A stretch of DNA of 63,716 bases, filler included, from Intoshia linei (GCA_001642005.1; 10 parts of 10 records of this genome joined end to end with filler, not necessarily neighbours in it), one strand, 5' to 3'; numbered from the whole stretch's first letter, positions 39,522 to 53,620 are shown. Notes: a model not told the origin generated them from the letters alone. Program-made: numbers and translations.

Positions 39522-39621
39522 NNNNNNNNNNNNNNNNNNNNNNNNNNNNNNNNNNNNNNNNNNNNTTAATTAATTAANNNNNNNNNNNNNNNNNNNNNNN
39601 NNNNNNNNNNNNNNNNNNNNN

Positions 39622-40643
39622 AGTTAGATCTGGGGCAACTAGTCTTTTGAAGAAACACGCCAGAAATCTAGGCAATGACGGGGTTGTGTCCTATCACTGC
39701 ATGATCCACTACGAGGCTTTGTGTGCCAAGTCGCTTTAGATGGTGAACGTGACAAGTGCCATCATTAGAGTTGTTGATTTTATCAGAAAGAATGGTGCAA
39801 ATCATAGGCAGTTCAAAGTCAGCATTGAGGATTTCGACGAGTGTGATGTTTACTTTTGCAATGCCAGGTGGTTAAACATAGTGAAGGATGATTGATCGCT
39901 TTTTTAAGCTTTTACAGCCGATAATAACGTTCCTAGAGCAAAAAGAAAAAGACACAACAGAATTGAAGGATCCTACGTGGTTATCTGATTTTGGATTTAT
40001 GGTGGACATTACCAAAAGCGTAAATATTCTCAACAAAAGTTTACAAGGCAAAAATGTATTGGTCATACATTTGCTGGGAAAAATTTGTGCATTTGTTAAA
40101 AAAGTAAAATTGTTTATTATGCAACTTAGACAATGGAATTTTACAAATTTTTCGACATTGGAGATGTATCAACCAGAGGACGTACTGGTATTTGACGTAT
40201 TGGTATATGTACAAAAATGCGAAGACCTAAAAGTACAATTTGAAGGTATTTTAAAAATTGATTTTAAAAAAATTATGCCTTTTTTGGATGTATACACCAA
40301 ATCTTTTTCAATGGAACCAGGAATGGCACCTGGTTATCTTCAGCTAGAGTTGATTGACCTCCAAACAAACACCGAACTGAAAGTAAAATTTGGCCTCTTA
40401 CCTCTACAGAAATTTTATCGATATTGGATTTCGGTCACTAATTTTCTGCTTCTTCACAGCAATGCAATGAAGATACTGACCCTTTTCGGTAGTACATATA
40501 GGTGCGAACAATTGTTTTCGTTGATGAAAGTGAGAAAGAACAAGACTACTAATCGAATACTAGACGAAAATTTAGCACATTGTCTCAAATTATATTCCAC
40601 CGATGTAACTTTGGAACAAATGTTTGAAAATATGAAATTTTGA
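39622..40643 (+). mobile_element. hAT transposase remnant (Buster/SPIN/GTF2IRD2-like)
   Basis: YHCMIHYEALCAK*, WLSDFGFMVDIT..LNKSLQG, LQLELIDLQ, FGSTYRCEQLFSLMK. Confidence 0.88.
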
Positions 40644-40729
40644 TTTACAAAAATAAATTTTAATCTAAAAAAAAATAATTTTTTGTCGCTTGAGCGCGAT
40701 CATAATTTAAAAATCTTCGGAATCTAGTT

Positions 40730-41306
40730 TATTCGTTGAATTTTCTTTCGTCCTTGTAATGATAATCATTTTGGTTGGGCCCTTCTGAACAATAACCACA
40801 GCTGTACAGGTTATTTGATCCAACGCTCTGCATGCAGTGACAAAAAATTTAAATTAGAATTTTAGAATATTATGACATATGTCAAGCTAGAGTTTCATGC
40901 TAACATACATGTTCGTTCTTTGCTTCGTTGACCAAAAAAATGTTTATAAGATGTTTTCTGAATTCAAGCGATGTTTTAGCCTTGTCATCCCCAATGTAAA
41001 AGCTATGGTATAAAACATAACAATTATGCACCATAAGGTTGATAAGATATATAAGCAATTTAAATTAAATTTATGAAATTGTTTATTAGACTAAATACTT
41101 TTTTATCATGCCAGGTTAAACAGTTGGTATCATTTTTTTGTTGCACAACAATCTCATATTTATTTAAATTTTTTTTCAAAGTTTTCATATTTTCTGGTCC
41201 TTCTCTATTCATTTGTATTGTGCCACTACAATATATTAGTACGGAACTTAAATGATTAAAAAGATCGAAACTAGAATAATAATTATCTAAATATAATTTG
41301 TGGTTT
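40730..41306 (-). mobile_element. piggyBac-like transposase remnant
   Basis: HKLYLDNYYSS..LF..L..GTIQMNREGP..WHDK, then after a deletion YLINLMVHNCYVLY..LEFRKHL. Confidence 0.75.
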
Positions 41307-41406
41307 NNNNNNNNNNNNNNNNNNNNNNNNNNNNNNNNNNNNNNNNNNNNTTAATTAATTAANNNNNNNNNNNNNNNNNNNNNNNNNNNNNNNNNNNNNN
41401 NNNNNN

Positions 41407-41835
41407 TTGTTGTTATTACAATGTGTCAAAGCGGTACGTTATTTACGTTCGACAAATCAGTTTGCCAAAATTAATTTACCAAATCAGCCACCTTCGATTA
41501 GCGTAGCAAGATGGAACAGTCGCGCAATATATTCCATCATGTCTGAGTTATGTGTCGACACTATAGAGAATGTAATTCGCATAAATACGTTTATTATCCA
41601 GTATTGGTCAATTGAATCGTTTGGTGTTAGATCATTTATAAATTGGAACAATCTTATTAATTGCAACATAATATGTAATGCCTCCAAAAATGTTCTTATC
41701 AAGAATAATTTGTCAGATTTTGATGTTTACCCTTCAACAAATGAATTGGTGGAGTGAGTATTTAGAATGGCCAATGATAAAATATACTATTCAAAATCCA
41801 TTAAACATTTGGAACAAGTTTTGATTAAATATTTT
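41407..41835 (+). mobile_element. Degenerate DNA-transposase-like fragment, family unresolved
   Basis: SISVARWNSRAIYSI and STNELVE*VFR resemble ARW..xAIY / N..xER motifs of hAT-related transposases. Contains an internal stop. Confidence 0.35.
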
Positions 41836-42883
41836 AATGATATTAAACTAATGTAATAAATATTTATAAATATATTCTATATAAAATCTACTTTTTATAT
41901 CAATTTATAGTTTTTTCTATTGTTTTAATTATATGGTTTAGTCCATCTTAGGATTATTTGTTAAATTATTAAAATTAATTTATTTTCTATTACATCATAA
42001 TTATCCTTACTTACATTAAGTAATTTAGTTAAAAATGTATGTCTATTTATTTTTCTGTCAGTCTATTCCAGTTTATTTAAGAAAGTAGAGGATTCGAGTT
42101 TTAAGAATTACATATTTTCATTAATTTTTTCGATAATGTTAATTTATCGCAAATTTCATATTCAGAAATTGAATCCTTCTAAGAATAAAAGAATTCTAAG
42201 AACGGTGGCACCATTTGTTAAGCTTATATTTTTAAAAACATCGCCCTGATCAAAGGAAACAGTATTCATAAATAAGATTTATAAAATTTGTGTAACCTTG
42301 CCATTTAGTTTATATTATTAATTGAAATCGTCATTTCTGTTGACAAAAATCTAACCTGCCTGAGAAAAAAATTAAAATGGGTTTAATTAATTACAAAAAA
42401 TAATTTTTGTCTGATAAAGTAAGTAACGGTAAAAAATAGTCCTATAAATCTTCACCAATTTGTTTACACTATATACTAATATGATATAATATGATATATA
42501 TGAATACTAATAATTAGTAAAACTTATCCATTCAATTTAAATTTTGAATTATAGTAACTTAATGATAGGCACTATTGTAAAATTTCATGTCAAGATTCGT
42601 ATGTGCTAAAACAATTACTGCGCTGTGGAATTGCAGACCATTATCACATATTAAATGTATACTGATAATTATACACATGATTCATATAATTACAATTATT
42701 CAGTCAACAATTATAAAAAATAATGCTTAATTTATATATTGAAACAATAGGCATCGAAAAACATTTGTTATTTATTAAAATTAAAGACACGCCTACTTTT
42801 TTAGATACAATAAAAACTATTCAGTTCGTCATTCTCTAAAAATTGATAAATTATTAACGTCATTTTAAAACTCAATAAACATT

Positions 42884-44576
42884 ATGAATTTTCACACGAT
42901 TTTACTGGTTACAACGATATCGATAACGTATTATCCGGTAATAAAGTGAAATAATATCAATAATAATCATATATTTAGCTCGTAAGTTCAACCGGCACGT
43001 TTCAATTTGATTTTATATTATACAGCAATGAAAAAGGCAGAGTTATTGACGGAACCGTTTGTGATTTTTTCAGTAGTTGTGACATGTACAGCAAAGTGGA
43101 GATCCATGCTGATGACGAGTATTTTTTATTTATTCACATGTTTATTCAAATTTAGTGTATATTCGTGGGATAATTCCGACAAAAAATTTTTATCCGATAA
43201 TAACGTTCTGGTAGACATTTTACCATATGGGTATAATGTCACATTTCAAATTGAGCCAGTAATTCCATTTTAATGTTGATTTTCATCAAATTTTAGAGAA
43301 ATATAAAAGTTATTGTTTATATTTATGATTACGATCAAGTCGGTGAAGATGACCTCATAGATATAGTTTACATAGATTACATTAACAATCAAGTTTCTGG
43401 GACACGGCATGATGCTCACACTCACAAGTAATTTATATAATTATGATTATAATTATCATAATATAACAAGTCTGTATGTTTTGTACTATGTAGAAACAAT
43501 TAATTCTACCAAGGTCGGACGTTTCCAAGTAAAATTTTTGACATACTACATCTCAAATTTTGAAATTACTCAATACACAGAAAATAATGTGTATTACTAC
43601 ATAATTTTCGTTTTGACACCCATATTTACAATATATTTGTGTCTAGAGCAGGGTGTCGATTATGCGGCCCCAATTCTGAAATGTGCGTTATAATGTATAT
43701 TTTTATTTTTATAACAATTTTTTACACACATATTTCTTTTTTTACATTTTTTTCATATATTTTTTATGACTTATTCATTCATTACAATTTTAACATTATT
43801 TATTCACTTATTCCATTATTATTGTTTCTTATTTGATTTTATGAATTCAAATTATTGTTAATTAATTACAACTGTTAGTTTTAACATTTTTTGAGTGAAG
43901 ATTTTTTTGTGCGGCCCGCGTAATAATTTTATTTATCATTTGACCCGCCAAGCAAATTAAGTCTGATACCCGTGGTCTAGAGTCTACAATTTTAATTTAA
44001 ATAAATTGCATAAGACTATATGGTAACATGCGTTTTGACCGGGAAGATAAGATTTTCAGAGATTTTAATTTATAATGACACTAATCGGAAAAATATTTCC
44101 TAGAGTATGTATTTTGTAAAATTCTATTACACTTGGTTTATTAAATAAATGTAACAAACAGACATAAAATTTTATAAATTTATTTTTTTAGTGAAGTTTC
44201 ATCAATATACTTAAAGTATTTTGCATATTACACGGAATGTAATAAAAAGAGTGAAATGAAAAGTAACATTATGAGATCAAATTACTCAAGGCATCAATTT
44301 AAAATCAAATATGAGCAAATCAAACAGCAACTGAAAAATGAGAAAGACAATGATTACAGCAGCCTATCAGATTTCTTATCGTCGATATCAATATATATTA
44401 TTATCGGAGCAATAATAATTTTTATGCTAAACTTTTTGGCCGTTATAATTATAGTTAAATCCCTTATCAAAAATAAATCAACTAAATCTAAAAACAATGA
44501 TTTAAATTGCTCTAAAGGTGATGAAAATCAATGTTTACTGAACTGTGAAGGAAAAACATACTCAACTTTTGATTGA
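42884..44576 (+). CDS. Single-pass type I membrane protein with an N-terminal C2/MNNL-like (Notch-ligand N-terminus) domain, 5 exons
   Basis: Exons 42884-42937, 42979-43118, 43156-43258, 43297-43427 and 44192-44576 splice in frame. They give a hydrophobic signal, STGTFQFDFILYSNEKGRVIDGTVCDFFSSCDMYSKV, IVYIYDYDQVGEDDLID, TM ISIYIIIGAIIIFMLNFLAVIIIV and a short tail. Confidence 0.7.
43649..43974. mobile_element. hAT (Charlie-like) MITE
   Basis: CAGGGTGTC..TGCGGCCC ... GCGGCCCGCG..GATACCCGTG; perfect TSD GTCTAGAG. Confidence 0.8.
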
Positions 44577-44785
44577 CATTTTAAATGTTAAATAATAAAT
44601 AGATTTGGTAAAATGTTTTAATAAATAGCGCAAACCTTTACAAGATTTCTGTCGCCATTTTTAACATGTAACATGAATACAACGACTACATTGACCGAAA
44701 TAACGATAAAATATTTGTAATGTCATCAATTAAATTTTATAAATTAAAAAAAAATAAATGTTCTAAATTTTCATTTCTACTAAAC

Positions 44786-46352
44786 CTTGTGGTCCCTTCG
44801 ACCACATGGCTCAGGTTGACCCAAATAAGTTTCTCTAGTCAAGTCCGTATACATGAGGTGATGATAACTCAAAAACCATAACAATTATAACTGATTCTTG
44901 GTTTCAACACTAATAGTTGTAATTAACTTTGTTCTTACATTATATATCGTGTTTTCAAACATGAAATATTCATTGCTATTTGATATATACTTTTTAATAT
45001 CCTAATATATATTTATAATAAAAAAATTTTAAAATTATTACCCTAATCACAGCCACATCAATAAGGTAGGAATATCGTACCGTTCTTTCAATAAGCTGAT
45101 CATAGTGCAACTTTGACTAAATTATAATTAAGTAAATTCTTAGTGAACGATATTAATATTCCTATAATATAATTGTATTTGACGAATCAAAATAACACCA
45201 AAATGATATCTATTATAATAGGATAAATAAACTTTCAACATATTAAAATTTTATCAGTTACCTTTGCTTCATTAATTTTTATAAAATGATTCCTCCATGT
45301 GCCTTGACGTGATTTTTTATTTTGAATACTGTTGACAATTTTTAATTTTACATAAGAGTAATTTATTTCTAAAAGTTTGATTGGTTATAATTTAAAAAAA
45401 TTAATATCAATTCGGATCTCAAACATTTTCTAGCGAATCACACCCTTGAGTGTAAGAAATGAAACTTTTCAGTCAAAAAATGTGATTTTTTATAAATATT
45501 TATACAGTCAGACCTCTCAATACTGCCATTTTGGTTATGCAATATTTATGGGGGTATTGAGGGTTTGGCGTTATTGAGAGTATAAAATTGTGGCGAATGG
45601 TGCATGGATACGGTTACTGTGCATTAATAATCATTCATATAATAAAATAATGATACAATGAAGTTCATTTATCCAAAAAACGCGTTTTGTATTTGTTTGT
45701 AAATTTAACTAGGGTTTGGTAAGTTATAATTAAAATTAAATCAATAATTTCTATAATAACAGTTTATATTAAAATATTTATGATTTTAAATTATTGGATT
45801 TAACTCATTTTAATCAAATTTTTTTTTAAAATATTTTAAAATTGTGGCGGTATTGAGAGGTCTGACTGTATCAATGTATTAAGGTGTCAACTTTTTTCTA
45901 AGAACAAAAATACAGGGTCATACGGGAAAAGCCAAAAATTCTAAGAACGGTGGTACCATTCGTTAAGTCTAACTTTTTAAAAACATCGGCCTACCCAAAG
46001 GAAATAGTTTTCATAAATACGATTTATAAGTTATAAATAGGGCAAACTTTTTCTAACCTATAAAATCGTCGAAATATAAATTATCAAAATATCCTAATAT
46101 TACTAAAATTCGATCAAAAAGTTAACACCTTAGTGTAGATGTATTATAATTTACCCGTGATTTTTTTAAATTCTGTCAAATAACCAGAAAAATGTAGATT
46201 TATACTAAAAATGTAATTTAAACTTTTAGCCAATCATATTAAAACTACAATTTTAAAAATACATATTATCATTAGCCACTAAATTTTGACTTAAAAACTC
46301 TAGCATAAAATGTTCCTGGCAACTTGTTTTTTCCAATATTAATTCAGCTCGA
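44786..46352 (-). CDS. TBC1D19-like protein, internal exons only
   Basis: Spliced KLHYDQLIERTVRYSYLIDVAVIR|DIKKYISNSNEYFMFENTIYN resembles TBC1D19 YYEQLK..LLVDSLIYKDVKLTASNDDYYFVFEDYLYQ. Gene ends are not resolved. Confidence 0.5.
45505..45868. mobile_element. pogo/Tigger-type MITE (partial relatives at about 1379-1575 and 8950-9012)
   Basis: TA-flanked TIR CAGTCAGACCTCTCAATACTGCCA...TGGCGGTATTGAGAGGTCTGACTG. Confidence 0.85.
45880..46131. mobile_element. TIR MITE (related pieces at about 42177-42290 and 54377-54430)
   Basis: TAAGGTGTCAACTTTTT...AAAAAGTTAACACCTTA inverted ends; dispersed copies. Confidence 0.6.
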
Positions 46353-47579
46353 TTTGCAAATACTAAATATACACCTTAAATCAATAATAAATCGCATTAT
46401 ACAATTTATGATAAAAATTGAATATGAATAAATTAAGCAAATTTTTTTGAATTTTTGGCACAGTATATACATTGTATTATGTACATTACAGTGCCACAAT
46501 TTTTACTAAAAACTAATAAATATTTTTAATCAAATCAAATCTTTTTTATTGTTTTAAAAGAAATAGTTTACACAAATGATGAAATTAATCAATAGATATT
46601 ATTTTGACGAAAAGCATCACAAAAAACTACAATTTTTGTGATATACTTCATTGTATAAACTAAATGGCGGAAACGAGAAATCGATCGCCATGTGAATTAA
46701 CTAGTGTTGATAAATTCCGAATCAGAAAAAGCGCAAAAATGACCATTAAATATATGCGATGGTAAACCAATGAATTAATTTGTTAAAAGTAAATAAAATT
46801 TTGAGTGTAAATTATAGAAACTTTTTTAAACGAGAATTGCATCATGCACGTAAATCAATCTTACGATCCAAGGATTTTTTATTGTTTCAAAAGAAAAAGT
46901 TAACACAAATGATGGAAGTAATTAAGAAATATTATTTTGATAAAAAGCATAACAAAAAACTACAATTTTTGTGGTATACTTCATAACATAAACTCGAGGT
47001 TTTTCAATGAATTTCATAGATGAGGAGCTGTTTAGTGTTGAAAGCTTCAATGAGTTCATATTTAATTTTAGCTCAGAGTCGCACCAAATGGTGAACAAGG
47101 CTACACTTTCGCCACCTCCGCGGAGGTTCTATATATAATATCCGACCTTAAATACATTTTTCATTACATCGGTTTACATCAAACAAAAATAAATATGCTT
47201 TGTATTAATATGTAATACCATGCTCGTAAAATTTTACAAGCTTATGGTCCAATTGATCGTACCAATCACGTTTTATTACTTTTGATTCGTTTTCATTTCT
47301 CTAAATTAAATTTTATTTATGGTTAAGTTTACTAACTAAAATGATATTTATGGTAGACTAAAGCAGACTAGTCCAATAAAATTTGGGATAGGCCCAAACA
47401 ACTTAGTCTCGACATTTTGAAAGTACATTTTATAGAAAATGCAAAAATTTTAAACTAATATAAGTAAAGTGATTTTTATTTAATCTAACGAAGTTCTTGT
47501 TTTACTTTATTACTTACTTTATTAAGAAAATTTTCACTTTCCAAACATAGTCTCCATTTGGATTGGGGAGGAATATTTA

Positions 47580-48587
47580 CACACGACAAGAAAAAATTTT
47601 TCTCTTTTTCCTATACTTGGTTACTTACACAGTACCACATTTTTCAAAAAATTTCAAAATAGATTTTTCTAACCTATATCGTTTTGTAGCCGGCATTCTT
47701 GTGATTCGAATGGTGTGGGTCACTCTATCAAGTCAGATCAACGTTTCAAGTTATAATAGAAATAAAATACCATAATTACAAGAAAGTTATATTGATTGTG
47801 ATCTAAAACCACTGTTTGACCTTTAACAAAATTATGGATTCAATCAAAAATTTGGCTTGTGGCAATATACGTATGTATTTACCATAGCGAGAAAAAAAAT
47901 TTATAAAATTTAAAGTATTTTAGAATTTAGCCTGTGGAATTAAAATTAAAATTGGAAAATTAAAATTTAATGGATTTTTGACAACAATCTAGAATTTACA
48001 AACCAAATATAGTCAATGATCATCGAAATCATTGATGAAAGCGTTCACCATGCTCATTTGATATAAGATGAGAAACTGGAAATTAATCATAATGGCATTG
48101 CAACAGGTGCACTTTAAAACTCATCAAACAGCCTATTTTAGAATACGAATTAAGCAAATATTCTATGTATCTTTTAGAATTTGGAAATTTGTCTTTACCT
48201 AATTAAAATTTTAGATTTTTATATGAAATTAATAACCTAGTACAAATTTAACGACATACTTAAATGACCTCGATGAATTTAATTAATCAGGATATAGACT
48301 GTTTTAAAATGTTTTAGACATAAAAAGTTGTTTGATTTCTGGTCCTTTAATACTCCTGCCAACAATTTCATTTTCGATAAATGTGGCAGAGCATTTGTTA
48401 AAGTAATACGTGGTTGAAAAGGGTCGAGAGATCTCTTTCTTAAACATTTTAAAAATTGTGAGCATAATCCGATTTTTAAATGTAATGGAGGTAACAATAT
48501 CCTATTAAATTTAATCAGAGCAACTTTCATAAAATTATGTTGGTTGACTATATGTACATTACGTGTAGTCCACTCACATTTTTGATA
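47580..48587 (-). mobile_element. DNA transposon remnant, probably Chapaev3/CMC type
   Basis: ILLPPLHLKIGL..QFLKCL, KVHLL..H and SNEHGERFHQ motifs; CAC terminus next to TTA at 47580. Contains frameshifts. Confidence 0.6.
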
Positions 48588-48787
48588 NNNNNNNNNNNNN
48601 NNNNNNNNNNNNNNNNNNNNNNNNNNNNNNNTTAATTAATTAANNNNNNNNNNNNNNNNNNNNNNNNNNNNNNNNNNNNNNNNNNNNGTTAAATTCATTT
48701 AACAAATATGCCATTTTAACGTTTTGCCATTTTCGTTAAATGAGATTTTGACTGTATATTAATTATATAAAATTAAAATAAAATTAC

Positions 48788-51700
48788 ATTTTTTTGAGAC
48801 AGAGATAACAAAAACTCCAAGAAAAAAGCATTGAAATAGCCAAAGTGAGATCCATGCCACATAGCCAAAAATAAAAGTGTTACAAACTGTGATATATTTT
48901 TATTATTCAAAAATCGAAGTCGAGTATAAACGTATCTATGTATAATTAAATATAAGTTTACCCAATACAGTGTACAGATTACAACTCATAACTTAACATA
49001 TAATACAATTTACTAGTGCACCAATGACAAAGGGTATAGCCATTTTTTTGTATTTTTATTTTAAAGTTATTACTTTTATAATATTTTCATAAATATTATT
49101 ATTTCTACCACACAAGATAGAAATAAAAACACTAAAATTTTTCAACATCATTAAAAAATAATTTCAATGGTAACTATATAATAATAGTATACAACCAACC
49201 TCAAAGCCCAAATATTAGTTCGAATATTAAAGCTTTGAACTACATCGTCCACATTAACAGATAGCAAAAAATTTTGCACGTCAACATTTTTAAGACAATC
49301 CCATGTAATTTCATTTGTCTCTTTGTTTTTTATATATGTTATTCCTGTCAAAACCAGAGATGCTTCCTAAATTGAATTATAAAAACAACTAAAATAGTAA
49401 AATTGACGTGTTAGTAATCTAGTTTTTCTCGTTCCAAACTATTAACATTTAAAAATCCTGATCGGTTGACTCCCTTTTCAAAAAAAGTTATAACCACTAA
49501 GAAATGTTTTTTTAATATTTGTTTATAATTTAATAATAAGATAATATACTGAAATTTTCAAAAATTTTATCTTATTTAAATTTTAAATGTACTTACCAGT
49601 TAGTAATTTTGATGACTTGCACATATTTGAACAAATTTAGAATTAATTAATATGTATGATTTTAATAGAATCATTGATATCACTTAATATGACCTACACG
49701 TCCTATAGGTGTGATAGTGATGATAAACAATTCATTTTGGAATATTTAATAATTTAAATATCAATACATAAAACTAATATATTATTATTATTATAACATA
49801 TTATTAAAAATTACGCTAAATAGCCACATAAAGACATATTTGAATAGCATCAATCTCACCCAAATTACCACTATTAACAATTTATAAATTATGTCATAGT
49901 TCTAAAATGTTTTAAAATTAAATCAAATAAATAAAAACCTATAACATCTAGAACACAGTTGGTCAAAATTGAGGGAAGGCCAAATAATGTATTCCAATAA
50001 ATACATACATATCATTTCAAAATCAAAATATGTATAAGAATGAACACTGCCTATTGAGCACTACTCAGAGAATACACTCATCCGTTTACTTTTCATTTCA
50101 TTTCTTTTTTTTATAGGAAAATTTTAAACTTCAGAAATCATAGTTATTTTATATTTTACAGTTTGACTGTTATGTACTACGTACAAACTGGACCTAGCTC
50201 TGTTGAGGGCACATTTTTATTATACTTAAAAAATAAAGTCACGTTGAATTCGAATTCGTTTCGTATCAGAATAATCTTTTTTTTAATTTTCAGACCGTTA
50301 ATTATTTAAGATTTTTTGTTTTACATTTTTGTTAATAAAATATATGAATACTAAAATGCTTTTTTGACCGTCAAGTCATCATTTATTCGGATTGAAATTT
50401 TTTGTGTGTGTTAACAGGATAAAACTGTACCACCTGTAAATTTTTTGAAATTCTAGGGCTGTTTTCATTAAAAAAAAATGTAATTTGAAGTAGAACACAC
50501 ACAAACAAAAATCGCGTAGCATATTATATAAGTAAGGATATATTTATTTATTTTACAAATTCCACTACAATGTATTTTAATAAATACATTAATTCAAACC
50601 AGTCATTCTTCACCGGTGCAACGTGCAAAAATTTGAGTTTATTTTATACATTTTTATTAATTACTGTCAAAACTTTACATTGACCATTATTAGATAAACA
50701 TTTTGGGATTTACTATTTAATATGTTAATATAATATATATATATTAAATAATATGGTAAACACCAAAAATATCATAATTTCATCATACATCAAATGTTGT
50801 TTACTAAATAAAAGTAATTTTGTACAAATTTGCACAAAATTTTAATTTTTACGATAATCGATTTTTTTTATCAAAAAAAAAAAAATAAAGGTACGCCCAA
50901 ATATTTATTTATTTCACAGTTGCACCCTAAATTAAAAAGGTTAAGAAATACTGGTTCAAACATACTATTAATAGAAAATTACCTTGTATGTATCACTGAT
51001 AAAAAATTGATCATTCATTATTCTACCGAATAAAAATACAATTATCATAATAACAAAACCCAATGCAATCCTTTGTATGGCATAGTTATAGCTAAATAAT
51101 ATACCTAATTAATGGAAAATTTTTTAAGGCAACAGTTATTTTATATTTCTAATACATTGTACTACTCAAAGAGATCTACACTATATACGAGGGGTCTACG
51201 GCTAAAGCAATGTATTAATTCACAAATTAATTTAATATTATTAAAAAGAAAATAATACTAAATACAATTACAAATTCATCAACCCTTAAGGAAAAAATCC
51301 AAGTTTAACATCACTTAAAAGAGAAATCCATCTTTTTTAATTTTTTTTGAAAATTGCGATTTTACCGAACCATCCGTGAAAACACTTCTTAATGCAATTT
51401 TACCAACGTTTAAAGGAAAAATCCACTTTTTCCAATATTTTTTCAAAAAATACAATTTACCAAATCTAAGGAGAAAAAATTAACACTTAATCTAAGCCAA
51501 AAAGAAAAAATATAATTAAAATAAACCGAATTTTTAGAAACTTTAAATATTTTTAAATTAGTTAACAAATTTGAATAATATAAAAAAAATTCTTTATAAA
51601 TCTAGTGATATTTCTAGTTATCACTACATTAACTTATTTAAATTTTAATATCCACTATAAAAACGAGATAATATTTTTCCAAGTATCAGCAACTTGGTTT

Positions 51701-53620
51701 TGTATCTTTTCCTATCAACAAAAATTTGCCCATGTCCCTTATGCTATAAAATACTAACCAACGCACCTATAAAACCTTCAAAATTGAAAGTCCATTTGAA
51801 TCGAATGCATCTTGATAACAAGAAGGAAGATATATTATTTGTATATCAATTATTAACAATACTAATATTAACATTATTCTATAACTGTAGATATTTGCGT
51901 TTTTATGGCCAGTGGTCACAATTGTATATGAATAATTACCATTTTTGATAATTTTCTTTAATGTTTTTAATGTTAATTTGTTTTATTAGTGATTCGTAAA
52001 AAATATAAGGAAACTATAATAAAGTATTTTAGTAAAATACATAAATGAAGCATACCTGAGGGCCAGCGAATGATGATGACAAAAAATAGGAATATCCCAT
52101 AACAGACATAAAAGAAGGGATTTCTGTAAGGCGGTATGATGTGAATTTTTCATTAATCACAATCTTGTTGTTTTTTAGCTAGAATCAAATAAAAATAAAT
52201 ATACACTTGTTAAAAGTGATCAGTGATCACTGATCACCATACTAAATTTAAATTAAAAATTAAATACAATTGCGCAGAACTAAGTAAATCCACTGAGAAA
52301 CATAAATTACATAATAAAAAAATTAAAATTACACTTGCTGCGTACATTCTTTTGTCGTAAAGGTCCCATGACAGGCCAATTAATCTTAAGCAAATGATAC
52401 ACTGAGACATGGTCCAAGTAATGTCATAAGAAATTGAATAGTATGCATAATAACCCCACAGTAAATATCCCTACAAAATGTTATACAAATGTATTACATA
52501 AAAAATTGTTTAATCCAGCAATCCAAAATAACTTTTTTAAATTTTCAGACAATTTAATGTAAATGTAGTTTTAATATATCAATTACTAGATTAAACCGTA
52601 GGTACCATGTTCCATAAAAAGCACAATATAATATTGTATCTGATTGATTTAACACATCGGAATATCGCATAAAATATACAGATTGTCGCCAATTGATGGA
52701 ACATGTCATTTCCTAATTATAAATAATTAAACGATTGATAGCCTTAAAAGATTGGTCCAAGTGTGAGGGACGTCCTCATAAATTAAATGAAATTATTTAC
52801 ATGTTAAAAAAATTTACTCACGGAATTTAAAAGTACATTTGTAATGTTCTGTAAATCTAATTTTTAGCGTCAGTAATTATATATTGTATATTAATTTAAT
52901 ATTATCAAGTGACATCGTTTTCATAATATACATTATTAGCATGTTAAAAATAAGTCAAGTTAACTTAAAACGTCCTTAAGTACGTTGTCAGTACTGAAAA
53001 AAGTTTGCAAATGTGACGTACCCAATTTCTTGAACCATCCTGCATTATCATTATCGATAGAAAAAAATATTAAGGTTTGTCACTCCTGCTATCAGAGCTA
53101 AACTAATTCAGATCGAGGCCACAAAAATGAAAAATAGTTCCCTAAAAAATTTTTACAAAAGATTCAGTTATATAGCCCTAATCACTTATATCAGACCCTT
53201 GACTTGATATTTTAAATTCAGCACATAAAATACATGTAGTTGATATTCAATAAAATAATTTTGAATTATCAATTTAAAAAATAAAATGAATGATGATAAA
53301 GGAGACCCATTTTAGAAAAATTCCGTCGAGGACCCGAAGAGGGTTTCGGTACTGTAAGTTCGGCAATGCTTGCTATCAATTTAAATTACCATAATTGTAG
53401 TATGAAATCAAAAGGCCGGTTGAAGCAAAGTATAAATTCTGCAAAAACAAACTTTTAACATTATATTTATAGACAGCTATTGCATATATATATGCCAGAG
53501 GGAATCCTATAAATTAGATATCAAAATTTAAAAAATATACAAAAATGTACCTATAAATTGAGTCAAAAGAAATCGTAAAACTGTTGGGTCCAACCCAGTA
53601 AGTTTTATGAGAAATTTCAT
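48788..53620 (-). CDS. LPCAT3: Lysophospholipid acyltransferase 5 (MBOAT5/LPCAT3/nessy-like); last exons lost in the gap
   Basis: LRFLLTQFIGFPLA..TGLLISYYNYG, YDITWTMSQCIICLRLIGL, GYSYF..AGPQ, SFNIRTNIW..RYVYTRLRFL, FLAMWHGSHFGY (catalytic Asn and His present). Confidence 0.88.
50159..50538 (-). mobile_element. Internally deleted Helitron copy in an LPCAT3 intron
   Basis: Has the 5' A|TCCTTACTTATAT end and the 3' hairpin (CAGTTTGTACGTAGTACATAACAG). Confidence 0.7.
50600..50953. mobile_element. hAT MITE
   Basis: CAGTCATTCTTCACC...GGTTAAGAAATACTG; TSD ATTCAAAC/GTTCAAAC. Confidence 0.7.
51690..51840 (+). mobile_element. hAT/Buster N-terminal zinc-finger fragment
   Basis: CPLCYKILTNAPIKPSKLKVHLNRMH matches the C2H2/BED-like CxxC..KPSKLxxHLxxxH motif. 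Confidence 0.65.
53093..53368. mobile_element. hAT MITE
   Basis: CAGAGCTAAACT...AGTTCGGCAATG; TSD CCTGCTAT/CTTGCTAT. Confidence 0.55.
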
